IMG/VR virus record: IMGVR_UViG_3300027969_000047
Strand: one strand, 5' to 3'
Source: a virus
Length of the DNA: 64,000 bases
Shown here piece after piece: positions 61,273-64,000 of the stretch (position 1 is its first letter; each line of letters starts with the position of its first letter). The position numbers were made by a program, and so were the translations under genes. The notes below the pieces were generated by a model. It was given only the letters and a program-made list of their open reading frames with translations, had not been told where the DNA came from and did not search any database.

Positions 61273-63903
61273 CTAGTTGAAAAGTAGTGTCTCTTCATTT
61301 TCTGTTTGTAAATATTCCAAATTCTCTGTCTGAATTGCCTCAACAACCGTCACGATTGTAACGATGATGTTTCCGTTCGAAGTATATGTGAACGGAGAAG
61401 TTACTGTCAATGATGTATTACTTATAATGTTATTAACTGTTCGTATTTCATTATTTACAAGAACAGAACATCCAATAGTAATTGTACCATTTGTATTTGC
61501 CACATTGAACAATGTACCTGTACCAGTGACTACAATACTTGCATTGGCAACATTGACTGTACCAGTAAGAGTCGTTTCACGAGAAACTTGTCCAGTTCTA
61601 GCAGAAGTTGCTCTCTGTGGAGTGACTGTTTTCTGAATCATGTATTCAGCAAACATTCTAGTTCCCGAAGGATGAATCAAATCTTTTAGAACTTGACTGT
61701 ATTTATTGAAGTCGGTTTGAGACTGAATCACATATGAATAATTTTGATAGTAGTCTCTATCTTGAATTCTTCTGTCTGAACTCAACAAACCATCAGTTGT
61801 TATGAACTTACCTTCATAGGTAAACTGAGAACTTAACAATGTTGCCACAGCATTTGCTAAACCATTACCCAGTCCTGTTAAATTGATAGTTGGTACAGTT
61901 TCATATTGTGAACCTGGATTTGTCAAAAGAATAGACCTGATTTGTCCTGGATCAAATTCAGCATCTGCTAATAGTGATTCACCATCACCATATATTGCTT
62001 CAGAAATAAGAATTGCATTATTTCCTGTAGCAGAAGTTACTGTGATTGTTGGTAGTAAATCTTGTGCATATAATTCACCACCAATATATGTTCTATCATA
62101 AATGCCAATTGATGCATTTGTTGTAGTAGTTGTCCATTGAACATTTACATTGGCACTTGTTGCACTTGAAATTGCATTGATGAATCTGGTCTGATTACTG
62201 ATTTCAATCTTATCACCAATACGCAATTCAGTATTAAAAGCAGTACCAGTACCAACAATTGTAACACCACTCGCAGTCACATTAGCACGACCAAGTAATC
62301 TTGATGGTGCAAATTGAATTGTTTTGATTCCGTTGTTTGAAGAATGTAGTCCAGACACTCTAGCATATGCACCCCAACCACTGCCACCAGAAGGAGTTTG
62401 AAAGTTTAACTCATCACCGACTGTATAATTTGAGCCGCCATTTGCTACATTGATTTTACCAAGAATGCCTAATGTAACAATGCTTGTATTGCCTGTGGCT
62501 GAGCCGCCGCTTGTATTTGATGATGAGAATGCAACAGTTGGTCCAACTGCATTTAATGTTGGTAATGATGAGAACTCAAATGTGCTTGATAATATAACGA
62601 CATTGCTGATTGGACCTAAACCAGTAACACTAGCATATGACAATGCATCTACAATTCTTGTTGCAGAATTTTCGCCGGTTGGTATAACTGTAGCAGGAAA
62701 ACCATAATCAGATATTGATATTGTTTTGCCTTCATATAGAGAAATGATATCTGAGTTAACATTGATTGTATTTGGATGAATACTGCCTGTAGAATTTACA
62801 GTACCAATAGCCATCGTTAATCCGGTGTTTGGTGTAGTTGTGATGACAACATCACCACCAGATTTAAAACCAGCACCACCAGAAACAACAAGTATTCTAG
62901 AAATTAATGCACTGTATACTTCATTGATAATAGCAGATGCTGGCGCTTCAGGACTACCACCAACAATCGGAACAACATCGCCAACATTATAACTTGCACC
63001 ACCAGAGACAATATTAATCTCTTTCAAAACAGAGAGAGACTTGAAGTATAAAGTTAGATAGTTGGAACCTTCATAAAAATATTTACCAGTAATAATTTCG
63101 CCTTGAATAAACGGAACTTCTTTACTGACATTTGAAACGAAGATTTCATTTACATTCAATAGACCAACAATAATTTCTTCTGCATTTTCAGACAATGCAG
63201 TAGCGCCAGATGTTTCACCAGTGAAAGAGAGAACTACTTGAGTGCCATCTGTTTTGCTAACTTTATTGATTATGTCAGACGATACAAAATTAAATTTAAT
63301 TGTTGCACCGTTTGCTGGCGCTACATCAAATGTGATGATTGGATCATTTGGTGATATGTTAAATCCTGTTGTTTGCAGAACCCCATTAACATAGACTTCA
63401 AGATTTGTTGTGCTTGCGATTTCAAACAACCTAAAAACTCTTGTAGTTCCATTGCCTGTTGCAAGATGATAAAAATCAGGTAAGAAACGAATAGATTGTC
63501 TCTTAATCCATTTACCTGACGATAGTCTTAGAATGTTATCTTTAGGATAGAAGATTTCAATCTCTTCACCATACAATGCTCTGAATAGAAAACGATATGC
63601 TTTCTCTGTACCTTTGGCACGCCAAAAGTCTCTAATGTGTTTAACAAGAAATGCTTTGTTGGCAAGTGTTTCAGCAGGAATTGAATTTAAGAACTTGCGG
63701 CGAAAGTATTCTTCGAAATCAGTAAGAGTATTATCTACATCGAAATAATTTAAAAGATTTCTACCAAAATCTGTTGATTTGTTTGTTTGCTCTAGGTACT
63801 CATAATATGCCTCAACAAAGGCAACAAAAGTATCATAGTCTGCCCGAATAAATTCGGGCAGTTGTTCACGAACAACAGTGGATAACTTATTAGTTATTGA
63901 CAT
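61273..63903 (-). CDS. gp7: baseplate wedge initiator, gp7-like
   Basis: QLPEFIR...F..F..AYYEYLE, KGT..AY.FLFR.LYG, IQD.DYYQ.YSYVI, HPSG; between gp6 and gp8. Confidence 0.75.
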   Translation of the reverse strand: MSITNKLSTVVREQLPEFIRADYDTFVAFVEAYYEYLEQTNKSTDFGRNLLNYFDVDNTLTDFEEYFRRKFLNSIPAETLANKAFLVKHIRDFWRAKGTEKAYRFLFRALYGEEIEIFYPKDNILRLSSGKWIKRQSIRFLPDFYHLATGNGTTRVFRLFEIASTTNLEVYVNGVLQTTGFNISPNDPIITFDVAPANGATIKFNFVSSDIINKVSKTDGTQVVLSFTGETSGATALSENAEEIIVGLLNVNEIFVSNVSKEVPFIQGEIITGKYFYEGSNYLTLYFKSLSVLKEINIVSGGASYNVGDVVPIVGGSPEAPASAIINEVYSALISRILVVSGGAGFKSGGDVVITTTPNTGLTMAIGTVNSTGSIHPNTINVNSDIISLYEGKTISISDYGFPATVIPTGENSATRIVDALSYASVTGLGPISNVVILSSTFEFSSLPTLNAVGPTVAFSSSNTSGGSATGNTSIVTLGILGKINVANGGSNYTVGDELNFQTPSGGSGWGAYARVSGLHSSNNGIKTIQFAPSRLLGRANVTASGVTIVGTGTAFNTELRIGDKIEISNQTRFINAISSATSANVNVQWTTTTTNASIGIYDRTYIGGELYAQDLLPTITVTSATGNNAILISEAIYGDGESLLADAEFDPGQIRSILLTNPGSQYETVPTINLTGLGNGLANAVATLLSSQFTYEGKFITTDGLLSSDRRIQDRDYYQNYSYVIQSQTDFNKYSQVLKDLIHPSGTRMFAEYMIQKTVTPQRATSARTGQVSRETTLTGTVNVANASIVVTGTGTLFNVANTNGTITIGCSVLVNNEIRTVNNIISNTSLTVTSPFTYTSNGNIIVTIVTVVEAIQTENLEYLQTENEETLLFN

Positions 63904-64000
63904 TTCTTAGTCTAGGAGTTACAACAACAGAATCTGTACCATCAGCATCAATTAAAAGAATTTGATTTTTTCTTGAATCGATAATTTTATTTTCAGGTTC
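63890..64000 (-). CDS. baseplate wedge subunit gp6, C-terminal fragment
   Basis: Manual translation EPENKIIDSRKNQILLID...; position upstream of gp7. Confidence 0.6.
   Translation of the reverse strand, partial: EPENKIIDSRKNQILLIDADGTDSVVVTPRLRNVNN

Noticed and set aside
248-62707. Numerous plus-strand ORFs in the ORF track
   Set aside because: All are shadows of long minus-strand genes and show no recognisable motifs.
63840-63876. Two adjacent hairpins near the gp7 start (CTGCCCGAA-TAAA-TTCGGGCAG and GTTGTTC-AC-GAACAAC)
   Set aside because: They lie inside conserved coding sequence, have no U tract and do not cover the ribosome-binding site; cannot be distinguished from chance without homologues.
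1-64000. CRISPR array, tRNAs, introns, inteins, transposases, homing endonucleases
   Set aside because: No regularly spaced repeat-spacer unit or cloverleaf was seen; intergenic gaps are short; gp17, UvsW, gp20, gp23 and gp46 are uninterrupted and of normal size.
1-64000. Stop-codon reassignment
   Set aside because: Core genes are full length in the standard code, and TAA, TAG and TGA all serve as stops.
1-64000. Extension of the GG/CC flank rule to GTAC and GCGC
   Set aside because: Unflanked examples exist (TGTACA near 1259, AGCGCA near 8895, TGCGCT near 20028), so these sites are not under the same constraint.
1-64000. Host assignment (cyanobacterium versus proteobacterium)
   Set aside because: No photosynthesis or other host-diagnostic genes in this window; cobS and def are not specific enough.

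Overview
A 64-kb segment of a T4-like myovirus genome (cyanophage/pelagiphage-type gene order). All credible genes are on the minus strand. In transcription order (high to low coordinates): baseplate gp6 (partial), gp7, an Ala/Asn-rich fibre, gp8 and a VrlC/DUF4815-like protein; a ~21-kb mosaic array of about 28 fibre, adaptor, tip and chaperone genes in place of T4 genes 9-12/wac; neck, tail, packaging and head genes gp13-gp23 and gp3; uvsY, uvsW and gp55; an operon gp47-gp46-peptide deformylase-2OG/Fe oxygenase-PLP enzyme-amino DNA methyltransferase; a CobT/VWA-CobS pair; an HTH gene, a GT-A glycosyltransferase-like gene, dNMP kinase and the start of gp45. The most striking signal is a sequence-wide rule found by manual scan. 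GATC and GCWGC occur only when a GG/CC dinucleotide overlaps the site edge, and ACGT was not found at all. This suggests a GG/CC-context base modification that blocks host restriction, and the methyltransferase/PLP/oxygenase cluster is the candidate writer. Other candidates are a peptide 'docking code' for branched fibres, an Ala-Asn motif on exposed virion proteins, an operator-bearing early promoter family and a pseudoknotted leader. All motif counts are manual and need computational confirmation.
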